A stretch of 64,000 nucleotides of DNA, taken from positions 416,001 to 480,000 of the forward strand of contig OY820905.2 in assembly GCA_963555755.3 (NCBI GenBank). Direction: 5' to 3'. The position numbers and the translations under genes were made by a program. Below, piece by piece: positions 20,114 to 30,689 of this stretch. The DNA comes from Nitrospirales bacterium. GTDB lineage: Bacteria > Nitrospirota > Nitrospiria > Nitrospirales > UBA8639. Position 1 is the stretch's first letter. Each line of letters opens with the position of its first letter. The notes under the pieces are model-generated. The model was given only the letters and a program-made list of their open reading frames with translations, searched no databases and was not told where the DNA came from.

Positions 20114-21406
20114 GTGATCACGGCTGAAATTATTGCGGTGGGGTCGGAGTTACTGCTTGGGGGGAGGACGGATACGAATTCTGTGTTTCTGGCTGAGCTG
20201 TTGGCGGAGCAGGGGATTGAGGTTCGGTTTAAGACGGTGGTGGGAGATGAGATTGATGACCTGTGTGGTGCCCTTACGGTGGCTTCGAAACGGGCTAAGA
20301 TTGTTTTGGTCACCGGTGGGCTCGGCCCCACGGTCGATGATTTGACTCGGGAGGCGGTGGCAAAAGTTACGGGGAAGTCTTTAGGCCTTCGGTCCCAAGC
20401 GCTTCGATCTATAAAGGCGCGCTTTCAATTGGCAGGAAGGACGGTTTCGGAAAACCAGCGGCGACAGGCTTTTCTCCCATCCGGGTCTGACCTTCTCCGC
20501 AATTCTGCCGGAACGGCACCCGGCTTCTTTCTACAATGGAAACGATGCCAAATCTTTTGCCTGCCAGGTGTGAGCCACGAAGCTCGAAGAATGTTCACAG
20601 AGTCTGTCGTTCCCATTTTGATTAAACAAGAATATGTGGGGCTGCCAATTGAAATCCGAACCCTTCATACCTTTGGCCTGATCGAAGGGGTCATTGATGA
20701 ACGAATTAAAGGCATGGTTCCGGCATCGAGTGGCATTCGGTTAGGGATGTTGGCTTCCCCACTTGGCGTCTCAATTTCGTTGACGATGAATCATGGCCTC
20801 AACGTCGTAAAAGGTAAGGCTTCAAAGAATGATGAAAATAAAAATAAAGCTTTACTTGAACTATATGCAGATGAAATATCTCGTAAATTAGTTTCCTTTG
20901 TGTACGGGTTTGATGATCAAACAATGGAAGAAATCATTGGGGAGCGTCTCACCGCAAAGGGATTAATCCTGGCTCTTGCTGAAAGTTGTACGGGCGGATT
21001 GATTGGGCACCGACTGACACAAGTGCCCGGAAGCTCAGCCTATGTCGATCGTGGTGTGGTGTGTTACAGCAACCAAGCCAAAATGGAGTTGCTTGGTGTA
21101 TCGGAAAGGGTTCTCATGAAGCATGGGGCGGTCAGTGCTCAAGTCGCCAAGGCAATGGCCAAGGGGATTCGGGAGCGCAGTGCCGTGGATCTTGGGCTGA
21201 GCGTAACGGGTATTGCGGGACCAGGGGGGGGAACTGAAACAAAACCTGTCGGCTTGGTGTATGTTGGGTTAGCCACCCCCAAGAAAACATTTACGAAAGA
21301 ATTCCGATTTCATGGTGATCGAAATATGGTTAAACTGCGGTCGTCTCAGGGGGCATTAGATGTGCTGAGACGGTGGTTGGTCGGGTTACCGATTTCGGAA
21401 AAGTGA
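20114..21406 (+). CDS. cinA: Competence/damage-inducible protein CinA (MoeA-like domain + NMN deamidase)
   Basis: AVGSELLLG, TGGLGPTVDDLTRE, AESCTGG, TGIAGPGGG. Confidence 0.95.
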   Translation: MITAEIIAVGSELLLGGRTDTNSVFLAELLAEQGIEVRFKTVVGDEIDDLCGALTVASKRAKIVLVTGGLGPTVDDLTREAVAKVTGKSLGLRSQALRSIKARFQLAGRTVSENQRRQAFLPSGSDLLRNSAGTAPGFFLQWKRCQIFCLPGVSHEARRMFTESVVPILIKQEYVGLPIEIRTLHTFGLIEGVIDERIKGMVPASSGIRLGMLASPLGVSISLTMNHGLNVVKGKASKNDENKNKALLELYADEISRKLVSFVYGFDDQTMEEIIGERLTAKGLILALAESCTGGLIGHRLTQVPGSSAYVDRGVVCYSNQAKMELLGVSERVLMKHGAVSAQVAKAMAKGIRERSAVDLGLSVTGIAGPGGGTETKPVGLVYVGLATPKKTFTKEFRFHGDRNMVKLRSSQGALDVLRRWLVGLPISEK

Positions 21407-21415
21407 GGTGCCTCA

Positions 21416-21991
21416 GTGGCGTTGCGAACATTTCTAGCCATTGACCTTCCGTCGTCCTTGCATTCGGCTATTGGTCAAAAGGAAGAAAATCTAAAACGTG
21501 TATTGACTGGAATTAATTGGGTAAAATCTGGAAATCTCCACATCACCTTGAAGTTTTTTGGTGATACGCCCGAGTCAAAAATTAATGAAATCCAACAAGT
21601 TGTGGAGCAGGCGGTGAACGGGACATCGCCGTTTGAGATCACATTAAGAGGGTTTGGGGTATTCCCTGAGAAACGTGCGCCACGAACGGTGTGGACAGGC
21701 ATTGAGGGTGAGATACAGGTCCTGGAAGATCTGGCCGCCCAGATAGAATTAGCCGTGGTGCCTTTGGGTTTTCCGCAGGAAGGGAGGCCTTTTCGCCCCC
21801 ATTTGACGTTGGCCCGTATAAAAAAAGATCATCATGCCGTGGGACTGGCGATTGAGAAGACGGGGATGTTGTTTGATCCTTTTATTTTTGGTCGATTGCT
21901 TGTTGAGCAAGTCAGTCTTTTTAAAAGCGAACTCCGACCAACTGGGTCGGTGTATACGAAATTATGGGCAGTTCCGCTGGCCAAATCTTAA
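21416..21991 (+). CDS. thpR: RNA 2',3'-cyclic phosphodiesterase (2H family)
   Basis: Two HxT motifs (LHITLKF, PHLTLAR); cinA-thpR-recA synteny. Confidence 0.92.
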   Translation: MALRTFLAIDLPSSLHSAIGQKEENLKRVLTGINWVKSGNLHITLKFFGDTPESKINEIQQVVEQAVNGTSPFEITLRGFGVFPEKRAPRTVWTGIEGEIQVLEDLAAQIELAVVPLGFPQEGRPFRPHLTLARIKKDHHAVGLAIEKTGMLFDPFIFGRLLVEQVSLFKSELRPTGSVYTKLWAVPLAKS

Positions 21992-22023
21992 AAAAATTAT
22001 GTTCTTTTTACCAAAAGGCATTA

Positions 22024-22166
22024 GGGAATGTTCAAAAAGCATGCCCTCGCGGAGGCGGGGGGTGCGCTCAGCAAGGCCGCAGGCGCTTTGACGCGCGGAG
22101 CGTACGGGAGTACGTGCGCACGACAAAGGGCCGAGAACGCCGCTGACGCCCTTTTTCAACATTCCC
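22024..22166. repeat. MITE-like repeat family B, copy 1
   Basis: GGGAATGTTCAAAAAG...CTTTTTCAACATTCCC; matches the units at 37977-38443; carries a short internal insert. Confidence 0.85.
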
Positions 22167-22233
22167 ATTGGCCAAAACTCGACAATTCAGTATGATAGGC
22201 CTCTACGAGGTTCATTTTCATTGAGGAGGCGTT

Positions 22234-23313
22234 ATGAGTCAGCGAGGTGGTGAAAACGAAGGCAAAAAGAAGGCATTAGAACTTGCGGTGACCCAGATAG
22301 AAAAGCAGTTTGGGAAAGGCGCAATCATGAAACTGGGAACAGGGGAGGCTTTGGACGATATCCCTGTGATATCGACTGGGTCGCTTTCCCTGGATTTGGC
22401 ACTTGGGGTTGGCGGATTGCCACGGGGCCGGGTGGTGGAAATTTATGGTCCGGAGTCCTCGGGTAAAACAACCCTCTGCTTGCATGCCATTGCCGAAGCA
22501 CAAAAGGCCGGCGGAACCGCTGCGTTTGTTGATGCTGAACATGCCTTGGATATTACCTATGCCAAAAAACTTGGCATTCAAACAGACGACCTACTGGTGG
22601 CCCAGCCTGATACGGGTGAGCAGGCCTTGGAGATTGTCGAGACGTTGGTGCGGAGCGGGGCCATTGATATCATCGTGATCGACTCCGTAGCGGCGCTTGT
22701 TCCCCGGGCGGAGATCGAGGGGGAGATGGGCGACTCGCACATGGGCCTTCAGGCGCGTTTGATGTCTCAGGCGCTGCGGAAGCTCACTGGGGCGATCTCC
22801 AAGTCCATGACCACGGTGGTTTTCATTAACCAGATTCGCATGAAAATCGGTGTGATGTTTGGGAATCCCGAAACGACCACGGGTGGAAATGCCTTGAAGT
22901 TTTATTCTTCCGTGCGGTTGGACATTCGTCGCATTGAATCGATTAAGGACGGCCAAGAAGTCATGGGGAGTCGCGTGCGGGTGAAAGTCGTGAAAAACAA
23001 GACCGCGCCTCCATTTAAACAAGCCGAGTTCGACATCATGTTTGCGGAAGGCGTATCGAAAGTAGGCGAACTCGTTGATCTGGGCGTCGATAAGAAAATC
23101 GTTGATAAGGCTGGGGCGTGGTACTCCTATAATGAGGAACGACTCGGTCAAGGTCGCGAAGCCGCAAAAACCTTTCTGAAGACGAATGTCGATATTGCCG
23201 ATGAAATTGAACAAAAGATTCGCGAAAAAGCAGGGTTGCTGAAAGTGACGCCAGAAGCAGCTCCTGTGGCCGCACCATCTGAGAAAAAAACTGCCGCTCG
23301 TGGAACTGCGTAA
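22234..23313 (+). CDS. recA: Recombinase RecA
   Basis: [29 protein letters not shown]. Confidence 0.99.
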   Translation: MSQRGGENEGKKKALELAVTQIEKQFGKGAIMKLGTGEALDDIPVISTGSLSLDLALGVGGLPRGRVVEIYGPESSGKTTLCLHAIAEAQKAGGTAAFVDAEHALDITYAKKLGIQTDDLLVAQPDTGEQALEIVETLVRSGAIDIIVIDSVAALVPRAEIEGEMGDSHMGLQARLMSQALRKLTGAISKSMTTVVFINQIRMKIGVMFGNPETTTGGNALKFYSSVRLDIRRIESIKDGQEVMGSRVRVKVVKNKTAPPFKQAEFDIMFAEGVSKVGELVDLGVDKKIVDKAGAWYSYNEERLGQGREAAKTFLKTNVDIADEIEQKIREKAGLLKVTPEAAPVAAPSEKKTAARGTA

Positions 23314-23430
23314 ATGTCGAATCGTGAAGCGTAATGCGTGAAGCGTGAAGAAAAAAATATAGTTTTCCCCACTCATCACGCATAACGGTTCACGCATTAC
23401 GGTTTCCACTCATTAAAGAATCGATCGCTT

Positions 23431-26073
23431 ATGCCCCTTAGTGCTAATGAGCTTCGTCAATCATTCCTGGATTATTTTTCCCAATACGATCACACCGTTG
23501 TGCCGAGCGCTCCGCTCATTCCTCAAGCCGACCCTACTCTTCTGTTTACCAACGCTGGGATGAATCAGTTCAAACGTGTGTTTCTCGGTGAGGAATCTCG
23601 CTCCTATTCCCGTGCTGCCTCTGCACAAAAATGTATGCGGGCTGGAGGCAAGCACAATGACCTTGAAAACGTCGGCTATACCCGGCGGCATCATACCTTC
23701 TTTGAAATGTTGGGCAATTTTTCGTTTGGGGATTATTTCAAGGAAGATGCCATTCGCTACGGGTGGGAGTATTTGACGAAAACCCTTGGCTTGCCTGCTG
23801 ACCAACTCTGGATAACTGTTTTTCAGGATGATAACGAAGCCTTTGAGTTATGGGAGAAAAAGATCGGTGTGCCTTCCGCACGTATCGTCCGGTTGGGGCA
23901 CAAGGAAAATTTTTGGCAAATGGGTGATACGGGACCCTGTGGACCCTGTTCGGAAATCCACATTGATCAGGGCGTGGATCTTGGGTGTGGACGGCCAGAA
24001 TGTGCGGTTGGGTGTGACTGCGATCGCTATTTAGAAATCTGGAATCTTGTGTTTATGCAGTTCGATCGCGATGCCGAAGGCACGCTCCACCCTCTGCCGA
24101 AGCCAAGCATTGATACTGGGATGGGGCTCGAACGGTTGGCTGCCGTCGTTCAAAAGGTGTCGAGCAATTATGACAGCGATGTGTTTATGCCCCTTCTCTC
24201 GGCCATTGCCGAACGGACGGGCCACACGTATGGAAAAGATGCGGTGTCGGACCGATCGTTGCGCGTGATTGCCGATCATTTGCGAGCCATTGCGTTTATG
24301 ATTACCGATGGCATTTTGCCGTCGAACGAAGGTCGGGGATATGTGCTGCGCCGTATTCTTCGACGTGGGTCACGCCATGGCCGTTTATTAGGGATTAAAG
24401 AACCTTTCCTTCATGAGTTAACGGGTACCGTGGTGAGTCAGATGGAAGGGGTCTATCCCGAGTTGCGTCAAGCTGCGAATGTCATTGTCCAAGCCGTCGA
24501 AGGGGAGGAAGAGCGATTTATCGGGACATTAGATCAAGGACTTCCGATTTTGAATACGATGGTCAATGAAGCGAAAGCCGAGATTCGTGGTTCCCTTGAT
24601 GGCGAGAGCGTGTTCAAGTTGTATGACACCTACGGGTTCCCGTTGGATTTGATCGAGGAAGCCGCGCGTGAACAAGGGTTGGTGACGGACCTTGAAGGGT
24701 TTCAACGGGCCTTGGATGCACAACGCGATCGTGCCCGGAAAGCAGGTTCATTTGCCATGGAAGGGGAAAAACCGATTATCACCGAGCTGACCCAGCAGGT
24801 CGGCCCTACGGAATTTGTGGGCTATCAGGTTTTGGAGTCGGAAAGTGTAGTCCAAGCCATCTTGATAAATGAACAGTTAGCTGACGAGGCTGTCGAAGGC
24901 GACGATATCGAGGTTGTTCTGACCGCCACGCCATTTTATCCTGAAGGAGGCGGGCAAGTTGGGGACCAAGGGACTTTAGTAGGTCCCGACGGGCGTATTG
25001 ATGTTCGCGAAACCACGAAGGTCGGCGGAACTCTCTACCTTCACAAGGGCAAAGTGATAGCGGGTCGTGTACGAAAAGGTGAGCACATAGCCGCTTCGGT
25101 AAATGTCGTGACTCGTCACGATGCGGCACGAAATCATACGGCGACACATCTCATGCATGCTGCTCTTCGCGAGATTCTCGGTCCGCATGTGAAGCAATAT
25201 GGATCGCTTGTGGGGCCGAACCGATTGCGCTTCGATTTTTCTCATTTTAAGCCTTTGGGGACGCGTGATGTTGAAGAAATCGAATCGTTGGTCAATCAAC
25301 ACATTCGCGAGAATACCGCAGTCCAAACCGATGTGATGGGTGTCCAAGAGGCCACACAGGCGGGCGCCTTAGCGTTCTTCGGCGATAAGTATGGCGAGCA
25401 TGTCCGTGTGGTGGGCATCGGCGAGTTTAGTAAGGAGTTATGCGGCGGAACTCATTGCCACGCCACGGGCGAAATTGGGACCTTTCGTATTATTTCCGAG
25501 GGTGGCGTGGCCGCTGGAGTGCGGCGCATCGAAGCGTTAACGGGTGTTGGGGCATTGGAGCATAGCAAAAAGGTCGAGTCCGAAGTCCGTGAAATGGCTG
25601 AACTGCTGAAAACGAGTCCCTCAGATGTCCTGACCAAGACCCGCAAACTTGTCTCTCAATTAAAAGACAAAGAACGCGAACTTGAACAACTCAAACTCAA
25701 AATCATGGACCAAGGTACGGGCAATGCCGAAGCCGATGTTCGGGAAGTGAAAGGTGTTCAGGTTCATGTGCAACGCGCTGACGGGTTGTCCATGCAGGAA
25801 CTGCGTCTGTTTTCGGATAAAGTCCGCAATAAGGTTCCCGAAGGCGTGATCGCTTTGGGTTCCGTTGCGGATGACAAAGTCTCCCTGTTGGTGATCGTGT
25901 CCAAGGATCTTTCGAAGAAAATCAAAGCCGGTGATCTCATCAAAGAGATGGCCACCGAAGTCGACGGCTCCGGCGGCGGGCGCCCAGATATGGCACAAGC
26001 CGGTGGGAAAAACCCGGCCGGGTTAAAGCAAGCCTTAGAGAAAGTCTACTCCCTGGTTGAAGCCAAGTTGTAA
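23431..26073 (+). CDS. alaS: Alanine--tRNA ligase
   Basis: LLFTNAGMNQFK, HHTFFEMLGNFSFGDYFK, ELCGGTH, GGGRPDMAQAGG. Confidence 0.99.
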   Translation: MPLSANELRQSFLDYFSQYDHTVVPSAPLIPQADPTLLFTNAGMNQFKRVFLGEESRSYSRAASAQKCMRAGGKHNDLENVGYTRRHHTFFEMLGNFSFGDYFKEDAIRYGWEYLTKTLGLPADQLWITVFQDDNEAFELWEKKIGVPSARIVRLGHKENFWQMGDTGPCGPCSEIHIDQGVDLGCGRPECAVGCDCDRYLEIWNLVFMQFDRDAEGTLHPLPKPSIDTGMGLERLAAVVQKVSSNYDSDVFMPLLSAIAERTGHTYGKDAVSDRSLRVIADHLRAIAFMITDGILPSNEGRGYVLRRILRRGSRHGRLLGIKEPFLHELTGTVVSQMEGVYPELRQAANVIVQAVEGEEERFIGTLDQGLPILNTMVNEAKAEIRGSLDGESVFKLYDTYGFPLDLIEEAAREQGLVTDLEGFQRALDAQRDRARKAGSFAMEGEKPIITELTQQVGPTEFVGYQVLESESVVQAILINEQLADEAVEGDDIEVVLTATPFYPEGGGQVGDQGTLVGPDGRIDVRETTKVGGTLYLHKGKVIAGRVRKGEHIAASVNVVTRHDAARNHTATHLMHAALREILGPHVKQYGSLVGPNRLRFDFSHFKPLGTRDVEEIESLVNQHIRENTAVQTDVMGVQEATQAGALAFFGDKYGEHVRVVGIGEFSKELCGGTHCHATGEIGTFRIISEGGVAAGVRRIEALTGVGALEHSKKVESEVREMAELLKTSPSDVLTKTRKLVSQLKDKERELEQLKLKIMDQGTGNAEADVREVKGVQVHVQRADGLSMQELRLFSDKVRNKVPEGVIALGSVADDKVSLLVIVSKDLSKKIKAGDLIKEMATEVDGSGGGRPDMAQAGGKNPAGLKQALEKVYSLVEAKL

Positions 26074-26254
26074 GGCCCAGCCTTGTCCCCCCACGTTTCC
26101 CTGAATTAAATCGAGTCTGACCCTATTTTATTCTGATCTTGGTGTTATGAAATAAGCTTGTCCCCTAATCTGACCCCTTATCGTGAAGAACGCGGTGCAC
26201 TTAATATTTGAATGTGGCCCTTTTGCTTTTCGCACGTCCCTCTTGGCTTCAATG

Positions 26255-26971
26255 TTAGGGGCGGGCATGGCGAAGTGCCTCAGCTGCTGACTGTATGACC
26301 ATGACCTCGTTCCATGGTATGGCGTGGAACGGCATTTGACCGTTAAGCTGGAGACCAGCGCGTTCAAACTCAATGTTCCGGTGTGATGATACACTCACCC
26401 ACCATTGAACCCCACCGTAAATCATGCCGTAGCAGCGGTGGTCCCCGGACCTTGATTGCACGGCTTGAGACACCATGGGAATGAGACGCTTCGTTTCGTG
26501 GTGGACAACCGCGTAGCCGAAGATTGGGTACTGCGAGTACTCCCCAGGATTTTTAGAGATAAGAAGTTCTCGCAGTTTCTCTTCGTGTGGGCCAAGGGAT
26601 ACTGCAGCGAATGTTGGCAATGAGCTCAGGCTCGCACGGAACAGGACGCTCAAGTGAAAGAGCTTGAATGAAGCATAGTCGAAACACGCCCAGTGAACGT
26701 CCTCGACATTCCAAGGGTTCGGCAAGGGCGCAGCCTCGACCCACTGGGCTCGAAATGGCTTCTCGCAATATTCGTTGAAATGTTGTTCGCATTTTTCACA
26801 GAAGAGGTGTTCTCGAATTCCATTTTGCTGTGCTTTCCACCCGCGATTGCCGCGCCCATTGATGCCCATGAGGTGACCCTTTGTGTTGTAAAGGTTGGCG
26901 TAGAGAAATTCCGGTACGATGTGTGAATTTCGTAGCTCTCGATCAAGATGGCACAGGCGACACAGCGGCAC
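26255..26971 (-). CDS. Hypothetical Zn-binding HNH-like protein, integron-cassette type
   Basis: CRLC...SHIVP...LFCEKCE pattern; preceded by attC, and its stop lies in CCCTAAC. Confidence 0.6.
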   Translation of the reverse strand: MPLCRLCHLDRELRNSHIVPEFLYANLYNTKGHLMGINGRGNRGWKAQQNGIREHLFCEKCEQHFNEYCEKPFRAQWVEAAPLPNPWNVEDVHWACFDYASFKLFHLSVLFRASLSSLPTFAAVSLGPHEEKLRELLISKNPGEYSQYPIFGYAVVHHETKRLIPMVSQAVQSRSGDHRCYGMIYGGVQWWVSVSSHRNIEFERAGLQLNGQMPFHAIPWNEVMVIQSAAEALRHARP

Positions 26972-26977
26972 ATCAAC

Positions 26978-27046
26978 CTCTAACGTGCGAATTAACCGGC
27001 TGGCGCGATTTTACCGAACCAGCTGGTGTTGAATGAAAAGTTAGGC
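26978..27046 (-). other. Integron attC recombination site
   Basis: Minus strand GCCTAAC-TTTTCATTCAAC...GGTTAATTCGCAC-GTTAGAG; 69-bp imperfect palindrome with R''/R' boxes. Confidence 0.75.
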
Positions 27047-27513
27047 ATAAAATTCGACTCCGATCTCAACGACAATTTCAAGGTTCGGTCAGGGCGATAT
27101 AAATATTGATCGCCACGCTATCTGTAATTATTCCCGGATAGGAATTGGTAATCATGTTGATTACATTCTGCTTAAAAAGGGGTCAATCTTAAAAAGGGGT
27201 CAATCTTATTTAATAATGTGTATAGGACCAGGTTGAGGTGAACACGACTTTTTCTACTTCACGATGGCCACCAATATCATACATGTCGGTTTTGCGCCCA
27301 GCTACCGTTTCTATAATGTTTTAACTTTCAAAAACGACTTTTCCTCCCACTCCAACTCCCAGCTTCTGCCGAAGCGGTTTCGCGCAGGCAGGTCTCCCAA
27401 TAGGTGTGGGGGGCTTTGAGGTGCCTATGTTGAGGTTAAAACACTGTAGTAAAATGCGGAAAACTTATCGTTCCTGGGCGAGTGTAATGCGGAGTTCTTT
27501 GAATATCCCTGGC

Positions 27514-27924
27514 TTACTTTTGATCGAGGGCAAACTTGGAAAAAGAAGAAAAGTCTTCCAATCGATCAGTAATAATCACTTTGATGATTTCATAATTCAG
27601 GTCGGTATAGTCATGAACGGCTACATTGCGAAACCCAACCATTCTTTTCATCCGTTTCGCAAGTTCACGGTCCAGCAGACCTGCCTTTTCCAGCAATTCA
27701 AACGCTTCCCGGCTTTCCTGAGGAATGCCGAGCCCTTTTTTTCTCACCAAATGCATGCCCAAATCAATAGAGGCTTCACACGCACGTTGAAGATTGAGAA
27801 TAATGGAGTCTTGTCTGGTGACGTCCTCAAAGAGATTTTTCTCGCTGTTGGCATACACTTCCTGAATTCGAGTTAAGCATCGTTCGATGGTGGCGACTTT
27901 ATTGAGTATGACATCATCGGGCAT
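27514..27924 (-). CDS. hepT: HEPN/DUF86 toxin (type VII TA, HepT family)
   Basis: RX4H motif RNVAVHDY; LQRACEASID. Confidence 0.9.
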   Translation of the reverse strand: MPDDVILNKVATIERCLTRIQEVYANSEKNLFEDVTRQDSIILNLQRACEASIDLGMHLVRKKGLGIPQESREAFELLEKAGLLDRELAKRMKRMVGFRNVAVHDYTDLNYEIIKVIITDRLEDFSSFSKFALDQK

Positions 27925-28315
27925 ATACGGATCCCCGTTTTTGAATATCGTCTAAGATCGAACGCCGTTCTTCATTTAGCCGAGCATATGAGGAATACAC
28001 TAATGTCTCAAAATGCTCTTGCTCCGCATTATTAGCCGAGAACAAACATTGACCAGTTGAAATGACTTGCATTCGCATCACGGTTGAAGCTTCGCGTAAA
28101 TCGACTAGATCAACATTTTTTTGAACCAATGAGGCGATTTCTTGTTCGAGGTCAAAGCGTTGAACAGGTGATAAAGGGATTGACGCAAGAAACGCCACGT
28201 CGACATCGCTCTCTTTATTGGTGCCCCCTTGTATTTGTGAACCAAAATGATAGATTGCAATAAGGTTCGGGATTGCCCCCTTCAATTTCGCAACTAGAGC
28301 CTCGATTTTCGCCAT
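27914..28315 (-). CDS. mntA: Minimal nucleotidyltransferase antitoxin (MntA family)
   Basis: FGS-X10-DVD motif, VDLVDL; overlaps the HEPN gene. Confidence 0.88.
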   Translation of the reverse strand: MAKIEALVAKLKGAIPNLIAIYHFGSQIQGGTNKESDVDVAFLASIPLSPVQRFDLEQEIASLVQKNVDLVDLREASTVMRMQVISTGQCLFSANNAEQEHFETLVYSSYARLNEERRSILDDIQKRGSVYAR

Positions 28316-28878
28316 CGAACCAATCCCCCTGAAAATTTTTCTCGCACACACACTCGATCACAGGGTGAAGGTATTTAACCTTTTTGCTAAATACCTTCAA
28401 AAGTAATTCTATTGTAATCACAGACAATGAATAATGAAACCCCTTCTTCGGTAAGGCTTAACCAATAAAGTTGAAACGCAAAGCGTGAAAGTTGGAAGCA
28501 GCGGTTGGAAATCTTGGGACCCTTTTACTGTCGCAGGGGCGACTGTGCTCAGGGCGAACGGATTTCTCACCAATTGCGGCAGCCTCGTATGCTGACTCTT
28601 CATGGGGGTGGGGCACGGGAAGCGGGCACGATGAGATCGTGCAGCTACCAAAAAAGCCAAATGGGGACCCCTACAAGGAGGATGCTGCGCTCTGCTTGGG
28701 CATCATGACAGAATGGTCACTCAATTGCTCCCGATTCCACTAAAATTTCCACTGGTCCAAAAAATTGTTCGGAAGGGAGGGGATCTTTGAGTTTATAACA
28801 ATAAAGTGTCAGTTTCTCGTTGCGTTAACCGACATCGATAAGCAGAATAGGCGGTAGTATGGTTGTCAATGATACATT

Positions 28879-29916
28879 TTGAAAACTCTTGATTGGATTC
28901 TAGCTTCAATGCGTAGATGGACGATGACGATTCTGGCGAGTGTTGTTCTCCTTGGTATGGGAGGAGGGCTTGTCTTTCTTTTCCAGCTTCAACCTTTCGG
29001 AAATCCCTCCCAGCGTCAGATTATTGAAATCCCTACTGGTTCTTCTTTTACTGATGTCGCAAGTTTGCTTCATCAACGGCATCTCATAAAAAGTGATTGG
29101 GCCTTTACCTGGATGGGGAGACTCCTAGGAGCCGATCGCAATATCATTCCGGGTGAATATGAGTTTCAAGGCGGGATGGCCCCGAATGATGTCCTTCACA
29201 AAATCACCAAGGGTGAGGTTCTCCAATATGCCGTAACCATTCCCGAAGGGTATTCGATTGAGCAAATCGCTGAGGTGTTGCAAGAGAAGGGGCTCGTTGA
29301 GCAGGACGTATTTGTTCAATTAACCAGAAACTCGCAGTTCCTCGCCCAGCTCGGGTTTCAGCTTCATGACTTGGAGGGATACCTGTTTCCTGACACGTAT
29401 CATTTCACTCGTCATATGAAACCCGAGGCCATTATTCAAACCATGGTCGCCCGATTTAAACAGTCGTGGACTCCACAGTTGCAGGAACGGGCTTCGGAAC
29501 TTGGCATGTCCTTGCATCAAACTATGACGCTGGCTTCGGTGATTGAAAAAGAAACTGGGCTTTCACAGGAACGTGGATTAATTTCGGGGGTCTTTCACAA
29601 TCGACTCAGGAAAAAGATTCCCCTTCAAAGTGATCCGACCGTTATTTACGCCTTCGATCGGTTTGATGGCAACCTGCGTAAAAAGGATTTGGATGTGGAC
29701 AGTCCGTACAATACCTATCGTGTGCGAGGACTTCCTCCGGGGCCGATTGCCAATCCGGGTGAAGCTTCGATTCATGCCGCCTTGTTTCCCATTCCCACCA
29801 ACTATCTGTACTTTGTGTCCCGCAATGATGGAAGCCATCAATTTTCCGCCACCTTGGCCGAACATAATCGGGCTGTGAAAAAGTTTCAGTTGCAACAGCG
29901 CCGGCGTTCTTCGTAA
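28879..29916 (+). CDS. mltG: Endolytic transglycosylase MltG (start may be 28909)
   Basis: TIPEG, LEGYLFPDTY, LASVIEKE, LQSDPTV, SPYNTY, GLPPGPI. Confidence 0.96.
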   Translation: MKTLDWILASMRRWTMTILASVVLLGMGGGLVFLFQLQPFGNPSQRQIIEIPTGSSFTDVASLLHQRHLIKSDWAFTWMGRLLGADRNIIPGEYEFQGGMAPNDVLHKITKGEVLQYAVTIPEGYSIEQIAEVLQEKGLVEQDVFVQLTRNSQFLAQLGFQLHDLEGYLFPDTYHFTRHMKPEAIIQTMVARFKQSWTPQLQERASELGMSLHQTMTLASVIEKETGLSQERGLISGVFHNRLRKKIPLQSDPTVIYAFDRFDGNLRKKDLDVDSPYNTYRVRGLPPGPIANPGEASIHAALFPIPTNYLYFVSRNDGSHQFSATLAEHNRAVKKFQLQQRRRSS

Positions 29917-30065
29917 ATTCGACGAATCATGATTTATATTTTCATGAGTGCCTTGCGAAGTTATGGCACTTGCTTTTTCTGATGAATCAACCCCTCACCC
30001 TTCCCTCTCCCCTCAGGGGCGAGGGTTACATGACATATACTCGTTGAAAGTTAAAATTCTTTACC

Positions 30066-30533
30066 ATGTCTTTTGAACAACGTTTAACCGAACTGGGCTT
30101 GATCTTGCCCGCTCCTCCCAAGCCGATGGCCACGTATGTTCCTTACGCGCAGGTTGGAAACCTGCTTTTTCTTAGTGGGGTGGTTCCAACCCGCGATGGC
30201 CGAATTGTGTATCAAGGAAAACTGGGGCGTGACGTTTCCAAAGAAGAAGGCTATGAAGCCACGAAACTGACTTTACTCAATGCGCTGGCCAATATCCGTT
30301 TGGCCGTGGGCACTCTAGACCGGGTGAAGCAGATCGTGAAGATGACGGGATATGTGGCCTCCCATGATGGGTTTGTTGAGCAACCCTCTGTCATAAATGG
30401 CGCGTCGGATCTACTCGTGGAAATTTTCGGTGATGCCGGGCGGCATGCGCGGGTCGCTGTTGGAGTCGCGGAATTACCCCTTGGGGTTCCTGTGGAGCTC
30501 GAGTTGATTGTTGAAGTTTTTCCTGCCTCTTAG
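30066..30533 (+). CDS. RidA/YjgF family protein
   Basis: LFLSG, NGASDLL, GRHARVAVGVAELP...VE. Confidence 0.9.
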   Translation: MSFEQRLTELGLILPAPPKPMATYVPYAQVGNLLFLSGVVPTRDGRIVYQGKLGRDVSKEEGYEATKLTLLNALANIRLAVGTLDRVKQIVKMTGYVASHDGFVEQPSVINGASDLLVEIFGDAGRHARVAVGVAELPLGVPVELELIVEVFPAS

Positions 30534-30689
30534 GGTTCGCACAAGAATACCTTCCCCGGTTTGGGTGCTGAGACACCTGTTTGGCAAGGCGCGAGGACTG
30601 CCATACTCCTGTATGGAAAGGACGAGCAACGCCGTCAGGCTGGATGGATCGACGCCCAAACAGGGGAAGTTATTCTTGCGCGAGCCCTA
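30531..30689. repeat. MITE-like repeat family C, copy 1
   Basis: Long terminal IR TAGGGTTCGCACAAGAATA...TATTCTTGCGCGAGCCCTA; homologous to 30871-31032 (inverted) and 63539-63701. Confidence 0.85.

Noticed and set aside
22591..23409. 272-aa minus-strand ORF
   Set aside because: Antisense shadow of recA.
28440..28740. Possible riboswitch/ncRNA or small ORFs upstream of mntA
   Set aside because: No recognisable consensus, and the ORFs lack RBS or motifs; an Rfam search would be needed.
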